Of a stretch of DNA of 64,000 bases, positions 23,301 to 35,700 are shown piece after piece (positions within the stretch are counted from its first letter, which is position 1; each line of letters opens with the position of its first letter). This DNA is from Vitrella brassicaformis CCMP3155. Lineage: Eukaryota; Protista; Chromerida. The notes under the pieces are model-generated. The model ran no database searches. It saw only the letters and a list, made by a program, of their open reading frames with translations, and was not told the DNA's origin. The stretch lies in assembly GCA_001179505.1 (NCBI GenBank), contig CDMY01000483.1:1-64000 (forward strand), written 5' to 3'. The translations under genes and the position numbers were made by a program.

Positions 23301-26300
23301 ATGATGAGTTCGCGCGATGCGTCGGCCCCTGCGGCCAACAACAAATTCAACAGCAGTCGAGGGCGTGGGAGACGCACTCTCGTTCGGGCGTCTTCATCCC
23401 CTGCTCTCCCCGGGACGACCACTGACCACATGCTGAGCCTCGAGTCGCCCGATCACCAGCCCGAGGCGTCCGCCCCAACGCCCACCCTTAGCCTAGCAGG
23501 ACTGGCAGAGCGGAGCAGCGGCGGGTCTGCTCCTTCTGACTCCTTTCGGCCCAAGCGCGTCACGGTCGGCTCACCCAAGGTGGTGCCCCCCACTCTCGAG
23601 GGCCTTCTCCCCGAGCGAGCACTGAAGGGCAGGCCATCGACCCTCAGCCCCTCTGAACGAGAGCCCCTCACCGTCTCGACAGCAGGCAGCCCCTCGCCGC
23701 GAAAGGGTGTTCGACTGAGTCTGGGAAGGAGTGGCAGCGACATCGGGGCAGGGACGAGTGAGGTCGTGTCCCCCAGCAGTCAGCACGGCGGCGCCTTCCC
23801 TTTCGTGGATTCCAGCGGCCACAGCGACCTTGATGCCATGCGCAGGGCTATCACCAGTGTGCTGTCTCGGCAGGCCAGCGGGGCTTCGCACGGCGGCCTC
23901 TCGCAGTCCTTCACGTCGTCTCAAGAAGAGTCAGCCGCAAGCCGCCGAGAGTCGGCAGCCTCTGCCTCTGGTGCTGCCAATGAAGAGATTGTCACGGCAG
24001 CCAAGATCGGCGCGCAGCTGCTGAATGAGAATGAGCAGCTTCGCCAACAGGTGCGTCGTCTTTCCATTCAGGCATCTAGGCAGAGAATGAGCGTCAGCAA
24101 GCAGCAGCAGTCCATCGAAGAACTGCAGGAGGAGGTGGATCGGCTCCAGAAGCAGCTGCGAAATGCGAACGAGGTACGCACACCTTCCAACAAGCCACAC
24201 ACGAGTGAGACACGAGTCTGCTGGCTGTTTTGGTCCGTCCCCTTAGGTTGGTCGGTGTCAGAACTTGAGGGAGCTGAGCAACACGATGGACACAGAAGAG
24301 TACAAGAAGTTGCAGGAGCGGTATGAGGAGAAGGATGCTGAGCTCGCCGCTGTGAAGCGGCAAGTCAACGAGCACAAGCGGGGCGAGGAGAACGCCAAGC
24401 GAAAGAACACCGAGTTGCAACAGGTCGGCGCGTGAAGATTGAGTGACACACCAATCCTCTCCGGTCCACACAACATCCATCTCTGTTGTCTACAGGATAT
24501 CGCTGATCTGTCTTCATCCCCTGCTCTCCCCGGGATGAGCACTGACCACATGCTGAGCCTCGAGTCGCCCGATTACCAGCCCGAGGCGTCCGCGCCAACG
24601 CCCACCCTTAGCCTAGCAGGACTGGCAGAGCGGAGCAGCGGCGGGTCTGCTCCTTCTGACTCCGTTCGGCCCAAGCGCGTCACAGTCGGCTCACCCAAGG
24701 TGGTGCCCCCCCCCCCCCCCCCCCCGGGNNNNNNNNNNNNNNNNNNNNNNNNNNNNNNNNNNNNNNNNNNNNNNNNNNNNNNNNNNNNNNNNNNNNNNNN
24801 NNNNNNNNNNNNNNNNNNNNNNNNNNNNNNNNNNNNNNNNNNNNNNNNNNNNNNNNNNNNNNNNNNNNNNNNNNNNNNNNNNNNNNNNNNNNNNNNNNNN
24901 NNNNNNNNNNNNNNNNNNNNNNNNNNNNNNNNNNNNNNNNNNNNNNNNNNNNNNNNNNNNNNNNNNNNNNNNNNNNNNNNNNNNNNNNNNNNNNNNNNNN
25001 NNNNNNNNNNNNNNNNNNNNNNNNNNNNGAGCGAGCATTGAAGGGCAGGCCATCGACCCTCAGCCCCTCTGAACGAGAGCCCCTCACCGTCTCGACAGCA
25101 GGCAGCCCCTCGCCGCGAAAGGGTGTTCGACTGAGTCTGGGAAGGAGTGGCAGCGACATCGAAGCAGGCACGAGTGAGGTCGTGTCCCCCAGCAGTCAGC
25201 ACGGCGGCGCCTTCCCTTTCGTGGATTCCAGCGGCCACAGCGACCTTGATGCCATGCGCAGGGCTATCACCAGTGTGCTGTCTCGGCAGGCCAGCGGGGC
25301 TTCGCACGGCGGCCTCTCGCAGTCCTTCACGTCGTCTCAAGAAGAGTCAGCCGCAAGCCGCCGAGAGTCGGCAGCCTCTGCCTCTGGTGCTGCCAATGAA
25401 GAGATTGTCACGGCAGCCAAGATCGGCGCGCAGCTGCTGAATGAGAATGAGCAGCTTCGCCAACAGGTGTGTCGTCTTTCCATTCACGCATCTAGGCAGA
25501 GAATGAGCGTCAGCAAGCAGCAGCAGTCCATCGAAGAACTGCAGGAGGAGGTGGATCGGCTCCAGAAGCAGCTGCGAAATGCGAACGAGGTACGGACACC
25601 TTCCAACAAGCCACACACGAGTGAGACACGAGTCTGCTGGCTGTTTTGGTCCGTCCCCTTAGGTTGGTCGGTGTCAGAACTTGAGGGAGCTGAGCAACCC
25701 GATCGAGGAGGAGGTGGACATCGAGCAGAGACGGCGAGTGCAGATCAGCGACCTGCAGACGCAGGCTGGCGAGGAGGGGATTCGAAGAGAGTGGATTAGC
25801 CGTGACGCAGCCCCGCCCACAGGTACCAGAGGAGGTGGGAGCAAAGAGTGGCAACTCAGCAGAGAGGGAGTGCAGAATCGTATCAGCTCTCTTTGCTTCT
25901 TTGTGCGCGCATTCAGAGAGGTTCCAGCCCCCCGACATCCCACCCGGCCACGCACCACCCACCACCACAGCCCCGCCCCATCGCAGCCCTCAGCACCAGC
26001 ACTTCATCCCCATGCCGCCGCTCGCCCTCGCCTATGTCCCGCCTGTGGTCGCCCAGCCGGCTGGCGAGGAGTCGAATGAGGGAGACGGAGTACCATCATC
26101 GTCCTCGTCTCCCTCAACCGCCCCCCTCCCCTTGCCGGCCGGCTGGACCGAGTACTTCACCAACGACGGCCGCCCATACTACCACAAGGCCGCAACAGGT
26201 GTGACCACGTGGTTCCGGCCCAGCTTTGCCACAGAGGCGGCTGAATTCCTGCGCCACCACTGCCGTCCGGAGGCTTGGACCGAGTACTTCACCAACGACG

Positions 26301-26475
26301 GCCGTCGCTACTACCACAACGCCGCAACCGGTGTCACAACCTGGGATCGGCCGACTTGCTTCCCCCCGCCGCCCCTCCCACACATAGCCCCCCGCCCACA
26401 CGCCCCTCGTGTCGCTGCTCACGGTGATGGTGCCGAGGTGGTCATTGGGTACCACGTGCGGACAGACACCAAGGT
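23301..26475 (+). CDS. Chimeric gene: two tandem partial copies of the 32749-36932 coiled-coil gene fused to two WW domains; 3' end uncertain
   Basis: High nucleotide identity to the reverse complement of 35100-36932. Copy 2 restarts at 24511 (equivalent to 23391). WW domains: LPAGWTEYFTNDGRPYYHKAATGVTTWFRP and EAWTEYFTNDGRRYYHNAATGVTTWDRP. Confidence 0.7.
24729..25028. other. Assembly gap (300 N), probably much smaller in reality
   Basis: The flanks map only ~25-30 bp apart in the sister copy (23585-23613). The left flank ends in poly-C. Confidence 0.9.
26128..26350 (+). repeat. Tandem WW-domain duplication (132-bp spacing)
   Basis: TGGACCGAGTACTTCACCAACGACGGCCG occurs twice, and the two encoded WW domains are nearly identical. 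Confidence 0.9.
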
Positions 26476-28001
26476 GTCCGACGGGCGCGGCGGATGGCGG
26501 GTGGTGGCCACCACGCCACACATACCGCCCGTTCGAGTGCTGCTGTGGCGGACTCGGAGGGAGGGGAGGGAGCGGTGGCCGAGAGGAAGAGGGAGAGAGG
26601 GATAAGGCAGGCTGCAGCCTACATGATAAAGAGGGCGGGCGTGTGGGTGGAGATCTCGTGTGTTGTGTCTGTCCGTCATGCCGTGCGGTGGATGTCTGTC
26701 TGTCTGTCTGTCTGTCGCCTGCTGCCTTTCTGCAGCTCCTGCTGCTGCTGAAGCCGATACCTTGGTTGGTCGCCTTAGTGTGACTGTTTCCCAGTCGGTG
26801 TGTGTGTGTTTGCGTTGACGTCCGTTGCCGTTGTCACACACATACACACACACACACACACACACATGCCTGGCTGCATGTCATCTGGGGACGGACGAGA
26901 GAGAACTTGGAGGGGAGGAATGGCCGAGCCGGGGTGGGTGGGTGGGTGGGTGGTTGGATGGATTGTCTGGGTGACCGACTGAGTGACGGCCGGCCGGCTG
27001 TACCTGCCTGTGGTGGGTGGGGGTGACGTGTTACGAGAGAGAGGCCTGTATGTCTCTGCTGCCTCCCTGCCTGCCTGTTTTGATGCCTGCCTGGCTGCCT
27101 ATGGTGTCTTGTGCTCAACAGACGGATGGATGGATAGATGGGACAAGGAAGAGAGTCGGCCTTCCTGCCTGCCAGCTTTGCCCACCATCCCTCGTGGTGA
27201 TGGGATGTGATGCCAACCGACCGACTGCCCGACTGCCCGTCTGTCTGCCTGCCTGTCTGTCTGCCTGGGGGTGTCACTGTCACACACGTCTGGCTGATTG
27301 TGCTGTTGTGCTGTGCTGTGTTCCAACACGCCTTTTGCCCACACACCCATCGCACGCACACACGCACACACGCACACACACGAGCACCTTTTTATGTTCT
27401 CGGAGGGAGGGAGGGGAGGGAGGGATCAAGTGCTTCTTCCTTTCCCCACCACCAGTCAATCAAGCAACCACCTCTGCTGGCGGTGTTTTTGTCAGGGCAG
27501 GCAGGCACATAGCTCACTAACACGAATGCGTGTGCACTCACTGGTGAAGAGGCAAACGTGGCAGTCAGGTCTTTTGCGTCGGCGGGGTGGAATGAATGGA
27601 GGGGGAATGGGTGGATATGGTGGACTGAGAGAGAGCATCTGTGTCGCCATTCTTTATGTAGGAGGACACACACACACACACACACACTGGGTGGCTGGTG
27701 GGAGACGATGGGTGGGCGGTGGATTGACATGTGACGTGCCCCCAGAACTTTCTTTGCCAGCCTCACCTACTTGCTACTGCTGCTGCTATGCTCTGTCTGT
27801 CTCTGTGTCGGTCGCTGAGAGGGAAGAAGAGAGAAATGCGCACAGCGGGGCACCCGCGCGATTTTCTAACCGTGTCTGCCTGTCTGTCTGTCAGTGCTTG
27901 TCCATGTCCGTCCACTCGTCCCTACTTCTCGCTCGCTATCACTCCGCTCGTCAGCCACGGGGCCGGTCATGACGGTTTGCTTTGTTTCTGAGGGCCGCCT
28001 T

Positions 28002-28033
<32 letters not shown>

Positions 28034-28140
28034 CCCACCATCACATTGGATCTGTCTGCCGCTGGCCCTTTTTTGCGGGTGTCTCTCCTCTGTGGTGGGC
28101 CTGGGGCCTTTCCTCTCTGTCTCTGTGGATTTGTGGGTGT

Positions 28141-28212
28141 GGATATGGCGACGTGGGCCAAGTACACACCTCAGGTGAGCAACGGACGGACGACGGATGG
28201 ACGAATGCACTA

Positions 28213-28249
<37 letters not shown>

Positions 28250-31200
28250 TGTGGCGCGTCAGATTGCTCACATGTGATATTTGGCACGCCATTTGGCTTC
28301 GTCGATTACCGCAACAAGGCTGGCGACCCCATGGATGACGCCGGGCACGGAACACATGGTTTGTAGCACTGCAGACACAGACAAAACAGACACACACAGA
28401 CACACACAGACACACACAGACTCACAGACAGACAGACCTACCGATTGGCCGATATACCAATCGACTGACACCACACCTGTCTGTCTGTCTGCCTGTGTGC
28501 ATTTGTTTAGTTGCTGGTGTCATTGCCGCCAAGGGCAACAACGGAGCCGAAGTCAGCGGCGTTGCGTGGAAGGGCCAAATCATGGCACTCAAATTCCTCG
28601 CGGCTGATGGCAGTGGTAGGATACTGACCCACTGATACTCTTTGTGAGTGAGGCTGCATGTCTCTGTGTGCCCCATCTGTGTGTGTCTCTCTGTGTGTGT
28701 TTGTTGTGCGTCTGCATTGTGATCAGATCTAATGTCGGATGCCATCGAGGCCCTCGAGTATGCGGTGGACCACGGGGCGCACGTGACCAGCAACTCCTGG
28801 GGGGGAGCCCGATTCAGCTCCGCACTCTACAACGCCATTGTCGCCAACATGAAGGTCAACCAGCTGTTCATCTGTGCCGCAGGCAGGCAACAGGACGACG
28901 TCATGCCCGACTTCCCGGCGACCTTCGGCATTCCCAACATGGTGACGATCACGGCGCATGACGAAGTCGGCAATAAGACCATCCACCTCGCAGCGCCCGG
29001 TGCTAACATCATCTCGACAGTGCCACCCAGCCTGTTCAATGAATCGTAGGCGACGTGCATGACGGAAACAAAGAGAACCCCTCTGTCTACGGGCGTCTGT
29101 CTGTCTGTCTGTCTGGGCTTGTAGGCTGTACACGGCCAACGGCACATCGATGGCCGTGCCGCACGTGACGGGTGCTGTGGCGCTCATGCTGGCGGTCAAC
29201 CCGGACCTGACGAGCGGCACGTCCCTCTCTGAAAACGACACGTTCCTGACCGTCACCGAGAAGAGACTCAACGTCAGCAAGGCCCTCCCCAGGTAGCCCT
29301 TCCTGACCGAGAAGAGACTCAACGTCAGCAAGGCCCTCCCCAGGTAGCCCTTCCTGACCGAGAAGAGCCGGTCGTCTGTCTGTGGGTGCCCCCATAGCCA
29401 ACGGTGGCACTCGTGTCCTGATCGTGCAAGTGCAGGACGTGACGGGAGACCACGCCAACGACTTTGAAGTGCTGCCGCCCAAGGGCATGATAGTCTCCGT
29501 CTCGCCCAACCAGGAATCCCACCTTGTCAAGGTCAGCCAGCCCACACTCACCAACAAGCCGTCCTACATGGCTCGCTGAACGTCTGCCTGTCTGTCTGTC
29601 TGTCTGTCTCTCTCTCCTTCTTTCCCTCTCTGGTCTCCTCAGGTCCGTTGCATCCCGTCCAAGAGCGGCACCCGCACCGCCACGCTGCACCTGGCCACCA
29701 ACGAAGGCTCTCCCGCCGGCAGGGACAAGACACTCACACTCCAAGCATCCGGGATCGCATCCTATTCAACACAGCCAACACCTACAAAGTCAAGGTCAGT
29801 CAGCGACGCGAGAATTGGCAGCAGCGATCATCCAACTTCTTGGTTGTTTCTCTTCTGGCGTGGCGTGCGTTTTAATGCGGGCGTGTCGATCCGTCGATTG
29901 GTCATCAGAGAGCTAATGAGGATGCGGTCAAGGGACTCATATACTGCGTGCAGCTGGGGATGGACACCCAGATGACCACCGCCCCCGACTACGTCATGAC
30001 CACCGGTAGGTAGAAGCTGCTGAGAAGAAGTAGTGAGTGAGTGAGTGAGTGAGTGAGCGAGGGAAATCATCCAGGAAGGGTATTTGTTGTCTTGTCCATT
30101 CAGGTGACTTCTTCTTGTTCGGGAACAAGACGGCTGAGAACAAGCTCACATTTGAATCTGGCGAGAGGAAGACGGAGGTGGCTCTGCCCTTCCCTGTCCC
30201 GTACTTCGGTGGCATCTACTCGACCATGAAGGTTTCACTCGACGGCTCAATCCTACTCGACTACGACGTGGTCAGTAGACGCGCGCTCATCTATCCACTT
30301 GGCGTCCATCCTCTGTGTGTGTGGCCGCGTTGACTGGTTTTTTTGGTCAGGTGATCAACGGGTACGCATCGTCCGAGTTGTCGACGACGGATGGCGTGTA
30401 CGTGGAGGTCGATGAGTACACCGGCGCGGAACCATCAACTTCCAGGTGGTGCTCGAGGAGAACGTCCATGGCATCACGCACGCCGACGCTTTCAACCCGC
30501 AGAGCGACAAGCACATCAAGGTCGGACTCAAGAGCGCCACCACACAAGGCCGTTTCGGCCACTTCGGCGTACCCCACCCACGGGCACCGCTATCCAATAC
30601 ATGCCCATCTCAGCACACCACTGGATGACCATGGCCGGCACGCCCCACGGAATCATCCCGCCCAAGGGGCAGACCGAACTCAGAATCAACCCACGGAAAC
30701 CGACGGACTCCAGGGTACGTACCTCGCCAACACACACATATACACACATACACGGCCAACATCCATCCATCAAGCAGCTCCTTCTCTGTGTCGCTTTCTG
30801 TCTGTCTGTCTGTTTGTTTGTTTGTTTGTGTGTCTGTGTGTGCTGCATTGATTATTCGGACAGTGTGCCACACGGACCCCGACGCGTGCGATCTGTCGCG
30901 CACTTTGTGGCAGGGCGGCCAACGCGTCCTGTACCTCAACACCAACGACACCTTCATGAGACTTCCACTCGAGTTTAAAGTGAGGGAGCGGAGATCACCG
31001 CCGAGGGCGAAAACCCCCTGCTGCACTTCGACAGGTACGCGAACCGCCACACAGATATGTGCTGTCCATGTCCCTTCCCGATGCATCAATCGCATCCTTT
31101 CTGATGTGTGTGTGTTGGCTGGTTGGTGTGGCTACTCACATGCATGCAGGTACTCGGAGAAGGAGTTGTTGGTGTCGGGTGACTTCCCAGAATGCCGCCA

Positions 31201-31507
31201 CATGCGCCCGCCAGTGTCCGGAGGAGACCATCTGCAAGTCCTTCGACTTTGAACAGCTTTCCTCGTGCAAGATGACCCGATCGACCAAGGACGACGACCC
31301 CACCAAGTTCGTCACGCCCACAGGCCGGTACGAACCAAGACACACACACACACACACACAGATGTCCTCAAGAGACACGCATCAATTAAGATAATACTGT
31401 CTTTCTGTGTCTTTCTTGGTTCTCCCTCCAAACGCACAGCTGGGGACCAGTACGAGGTCAAGGCCGCTGCGCGTCGGCTGCAAACGAAGGGCAGCAAGGG
31501 CGCCTAG
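28141..31507 (+). pseudogene. Subtilisin-like (S8) protease with Ig-like, NIDO-like and PAN/apple C-terminal modules; degenerate and frameshifted
   Basis: [20 protein letters not shown] (His), SNSWGG, HLAAPG, NGTSMAVPHVTGAVAL (Ser), RLNVSKAL; PAN-like CARQCPEETICKSFDFEQLSSC. No Asp-motif exon found. AAGN has become AAGR, the SFSNYG motif is missing, and four apparent frameshifts are present. Confidence 0.75.
29255..29367 (+). repeat. 51-bp tandem repeat (x2.2) of an exon end plus splice donor
   Basis: Unit ACCGAGAAGAGACTCAACGTCAGCAAGGCCCTCCCCAGGTAGCCCTTCCTG starts at 29255 and 29306, with a partial third at 29357. Confidence 0.95.
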
Positions 31508-32748
31508 AGCCTCCTTCCTTTGTCTGTCTCGTGTGTATTACGGTTGGCTTTGCCTAGTGTGCTAGGGGGGAGGGCCTGTCTGTCTGTCTGATCGGTTTTG
31601 GTCGTGTGTGTGCTTTTGGGCGGTGTTCCTTTCACACCGACTGGCAGTGCACGAGTGTGGGGTTTGGGAGTGTGTGATAGGGTGAGTGGGTTGGGCTACT
31701 TGGGGGTAGTGTAATACGGTCAACTTCGCAGTCCCTCCCCCCGCCAGGTTCACATGTGTGTGTGTATGGCACAACAGCAGACAGAAGTGGAAAAGGAACC
31801 ACGGGACAGGACAATATATCAGATATACAAATGCATCGATCTACATAAAGCATACGGCCGTTGGCTGGTCCTGGCCCGGCTCAGACGGCTGATGAGTGTG
31901 TGTGAGTACTCTTCTCGCAATGGGATGGGGCTGGGCAATGGCATAGGGGTGGGTGTGAGTGATATTAGTGATATTTTGCACTGGAAGTTAATGATTGCAA
32001 TCATTGCATGGGCGTGTGAATGCGCATAGTGCAGACAGGCAGAGTGCGAAGATCAATCCAAGATCAATGTACCGGCACAACTCGTACAAACGAGACAGTG
32101 GATGCATGAGCTCTGACTGTCACCTCTTTGGGCGGTCTGTGTAGGGGAGTGTCATCCATCCACACACATGTACACGCGATGCATCTCTCTCTCTCTCTCT
32201 CTCTTCGTTGCCTATCACCAATGTATTGATCACCCCATGCATCGGTCAGCCATACACAGATGGGGCGATGGGTGGAGGCATGGAGACGTACATGCGTGGG
32301 ACAATCACGCACGCGCTTGGTATCATACATACATTATAGGTAGGCTGGCTGGCTCGCTCTCGGCGAAATCCCTACCTACACGCCATCACGAGACGACATG
32401 CACGTGTACATCTCTCTCTCCGTCCATCCACACACTCATCAGCAATCGCCCCACACCATGTTCCTGCACCCAATCAAACACCCATGATCAGTCCAGCAAT
32501 GTCTCCCTCCACACCTTTGTGTCTCTGTCTCTCTCACCATTCCACGACAGTGGACAGATGACACAAGTCACCTCCAGACGCTGATGCGCCAGTCGTGCAC
32601 CCGGCTGCCTCTCCCCCTCCCAGCACCCGTCGTCACGCCGACCCCTGCCCCATCCACACGCCTCCGCGCGTTCGTGTTTGGAAGGGACGCACACGGACTG
32701 CCGACGGCACACGCGTCAATGCCGCAGCCCTTGTCTCTCTTCTGCGAC

Positions 32749-35700
32749 TCACCCATGGCCACAACAGGCTGTTTTGCCGACGCGAAATAAGTGGCGTGCG
32801 GCCGCTTCACGGTGGCCGGGCCGGCCGGGGGCCGATACGGTGGGCGGGTGGAACGTCGATGAAGGCCTCTTGCATGACGTTGCTGCTGCTGCTGCTGCCG
32901 TTGGTGTAGGCGGAGGCACAATGGCCGGCGGGGGGCTGCGAGAGCGGATGCCGGGCATGAGTGTGGCCGTGAGCCTGCTCTGCAGAGTTTCTTCTCGCTT
33001 CCTGGCCGCCTCCCTCTCCTCATGCAGCAGCCTCTGTGTCGCTGAGCGCACCAGTGGGCCATCTGGCAGCCGAGGCGCCTGCGGCACTAGCAGCTGCGCG
33101 GGAGGGGGCGGGGGCGCGATGACATGGCCAAATCCTGGACGCGGCAGCGCCAAGAACGAGCGTGTGTGGTGACGGCGATCTGGCAGAGGGCTGGGCAATG
33201 GCATCTTTGCCAAAGTGACGGTGGGTGGAGACGGGCTGCGGGCAGCGACCAGCCGAGGCGTGGCGAAGAGGGTGACTGGATGAGGGATAGGGGGAGGGGG
33301 ATGGACTGTCGTGTGGTAGGCGAGAGGAAGGGGTGACATCCGCAGCCGCAACGAGGGAGGCGGCAGCGAATGTGTCTTCCTCTCCGGCTTATTTCTGTCT
33401 CGGCTGCTACCTCCACAGGCGGACGCGCAAGCCGCTCTCTTCTGGACCACGCCGTTCTTATCCTCGTCTCCTTCGGACGAGGCAGCCGACAAGACACCCT
33501 GTGACTGCATCTTGGGCGACAGCAGGTAGCTCAGCCTCCCCTGGGCCGGGTCGGGATCTCGAGTGAATGCGCAGCAGGGGCTGACTTCCTTTTGTCTCGC
33601 TGCCCGCTGTGTGTGGCGGATCATCAGAGGCGGCATGCGTGTCTCGGGGGGCGGGGGCGCGGAGTACGGCCGGGGTTGATGGATGGGCACGATGGTGGCG
33701 ATCTTGGCGCGCGTGAAGGGTGGACGGCCCTCTCGGCATTTCGCGTCTCGCTCCTTGATCGTCTTGAGCAGAGAGGCCAGCGACCGTGCGTCGGGGGAGC
33801 TGATGTCGACGGATGGCGCCGACACGACGCCTTGAGGCGAATGGGTAATGCGCTGTGTCTCCAGGCGGCGCTTGAGAGCTTCGTTGTAGGCCTCTAGATC
33901 GGTCAGCTGTTCCTGTAGCTGCCGATGCACAGCGGTGAGGGCTGAAACCTGCAAAGGAAAGAAGTACACGTGTCTCTGTGTGGGTGGTGTACTGTCTCCT
34001 CACCTCTTTGACAAGGTCTTCGTTCACGGTCTGCAAATGCTGTCTCTCTTCGTCCGACATAGGCGGCTTCATGCCCTCGCCCTCCGCCATGCCCACTGCA
34101 GCAGGCAGATCCTTGAGGTATTCCTCCAGCTTGTCCTTCTCCGCTTGAAGACCTTCGAACTCGCGCCGCTGTGCCTCGAGCTGAGATTTGAGCTCCTGGT
34201 ACTCCTGCAGCTTGGCCATTAGCGACTGACACTCAGCCACAAGGGAAGTATTGATGCGCTCCAGCTCAGCAATTCTCTCGAGCGTCTCGGCGGACGCCAC
34301 CTCCCTCACTGTCGGCTCCATGGCGTCGGTCTGCATGGCTTCCTCACGCAGTGTGCGGGTCCTGACGATCTCCTTTGGCCGGATCTTGAGAGTGGACAAA
34401 GAGTCCTGGAAGTCACTCAACTTGCTCAAGACGAGACGCCACATTGACTCGTTCCTATCAGTCTGACGTTCCTGTGGCACTCCAGGATCTCTGATCTGCA
34501 CCCGCCTTCTCTGCTCGATGTCCGCCTCCTCCTCGACGCCAAGTTCCTCTCCACTGCCGAAACCGCCAGAGATGCCGGAAGACCTGATACGGCTGGGAGT
34601 GGCTGGCGGTGTTACGGATGTGCCCATTTCCTGTTGCTTGGGGTGGGCGGGCGCTGCTGCGGCTGCTGCTTGCGTGTCTGTGGGGGGTCCCTCTCCGTTT
34701 TCATCCTCGGATTCCTCCTCTGCTTGCAGCAGTTCGTCTTGTAGGGTGCGGGCCTTGTGCGGTCGAGGGGAGGGCTGGGCGGCGTCTGTTGTCTCCATCA
34801 TTCCCTCCAGCTGGGCCAACTCGTTGGTGAGCTTCGCGGCCTTGGAATTGTAATCATCTGACAGACAGACAGACAGACAGACACACGGACAAAGACAAAC
34901 GAAGGTTGTCTGGTGAATGATTCATGCTGTGATGCTTTGCTTACCAAGGACGGATTTGAGTGTGTTGAGCTCTTCTTGCAGCTGCAGGGCCTGCTGATTG
35001 GCCTCGGCCCACCGCTGCTCCGCTCGCTTGACGTCGTCGGTCATTTCGCGCTCCTTCGCCTCGAAGACAGCCTTGAGACGCTGCAGCTCCTCGGTGACCT
35101 CGTGTGCCTTCCGCTGCGCCTCCACCACCTCGGGACGCTTGCGATCGAGGGCTCGCTCGTGCTCCTCCTTCAGATCAGCGATCTCCTGTACGTACACAAG
35201 CATGTGTACAACAGAGATGGATGTTGTGTGGACCGGAGAGGAGTTGGTGTGTCCCTCAATCTTCACGCGCCGACCTGTTGCAACTCGGTGTTCTTTCGCT
35301 TGGCGCTTTCCTCGCCCCGCTTGTGCTCGTTGACTTGCCGCTGTGAAGCGGCAAGCTCAGCCTCCTTCTCCTCATACCGCTCCTGCAACCTCTTGTACTC
35401 TTCTGTGTCCATCGTGTTGCTCAGCTTCCTCAAGTCCTGACACCGACCAACCAAAGGAAACGAACCAAAAAGAGCCAGCAGACTCGTGTCTCACTCGTGT
35501 GTGGCTTGTTGGAATGCGCGAGTACCTCGTTGGCGTTTCGCAGCTGTTTCTGCAGCCGATCGACCTCCTCCTGCAGTTCCTCGATGAACTGCTGCTCGCC
35601 GACGCTCATTCTCTGCCGAGAGCTGGTGGTCAGCGACCCTCTGCGAGAAGAAGGGCCTTTCTCTCTGGGCTCCTCCTCCTGACGTGCCTTGTCACTCTCG

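Noticed and set aside
24700-24728. Poly-proline expansion from the poly-C run
   Set aside because: The run abuts the N gap, and sister copies have only CCCCCC; probably a contig-end artefact.
29255-29367. Short direct repeats here and at 39042-39144 as CRISPR arrays
   Set aside because: The units are contiguous with no unique spacers, derive from a subtilase exon, and there are no cas genes; the DNA is eukaryotic.
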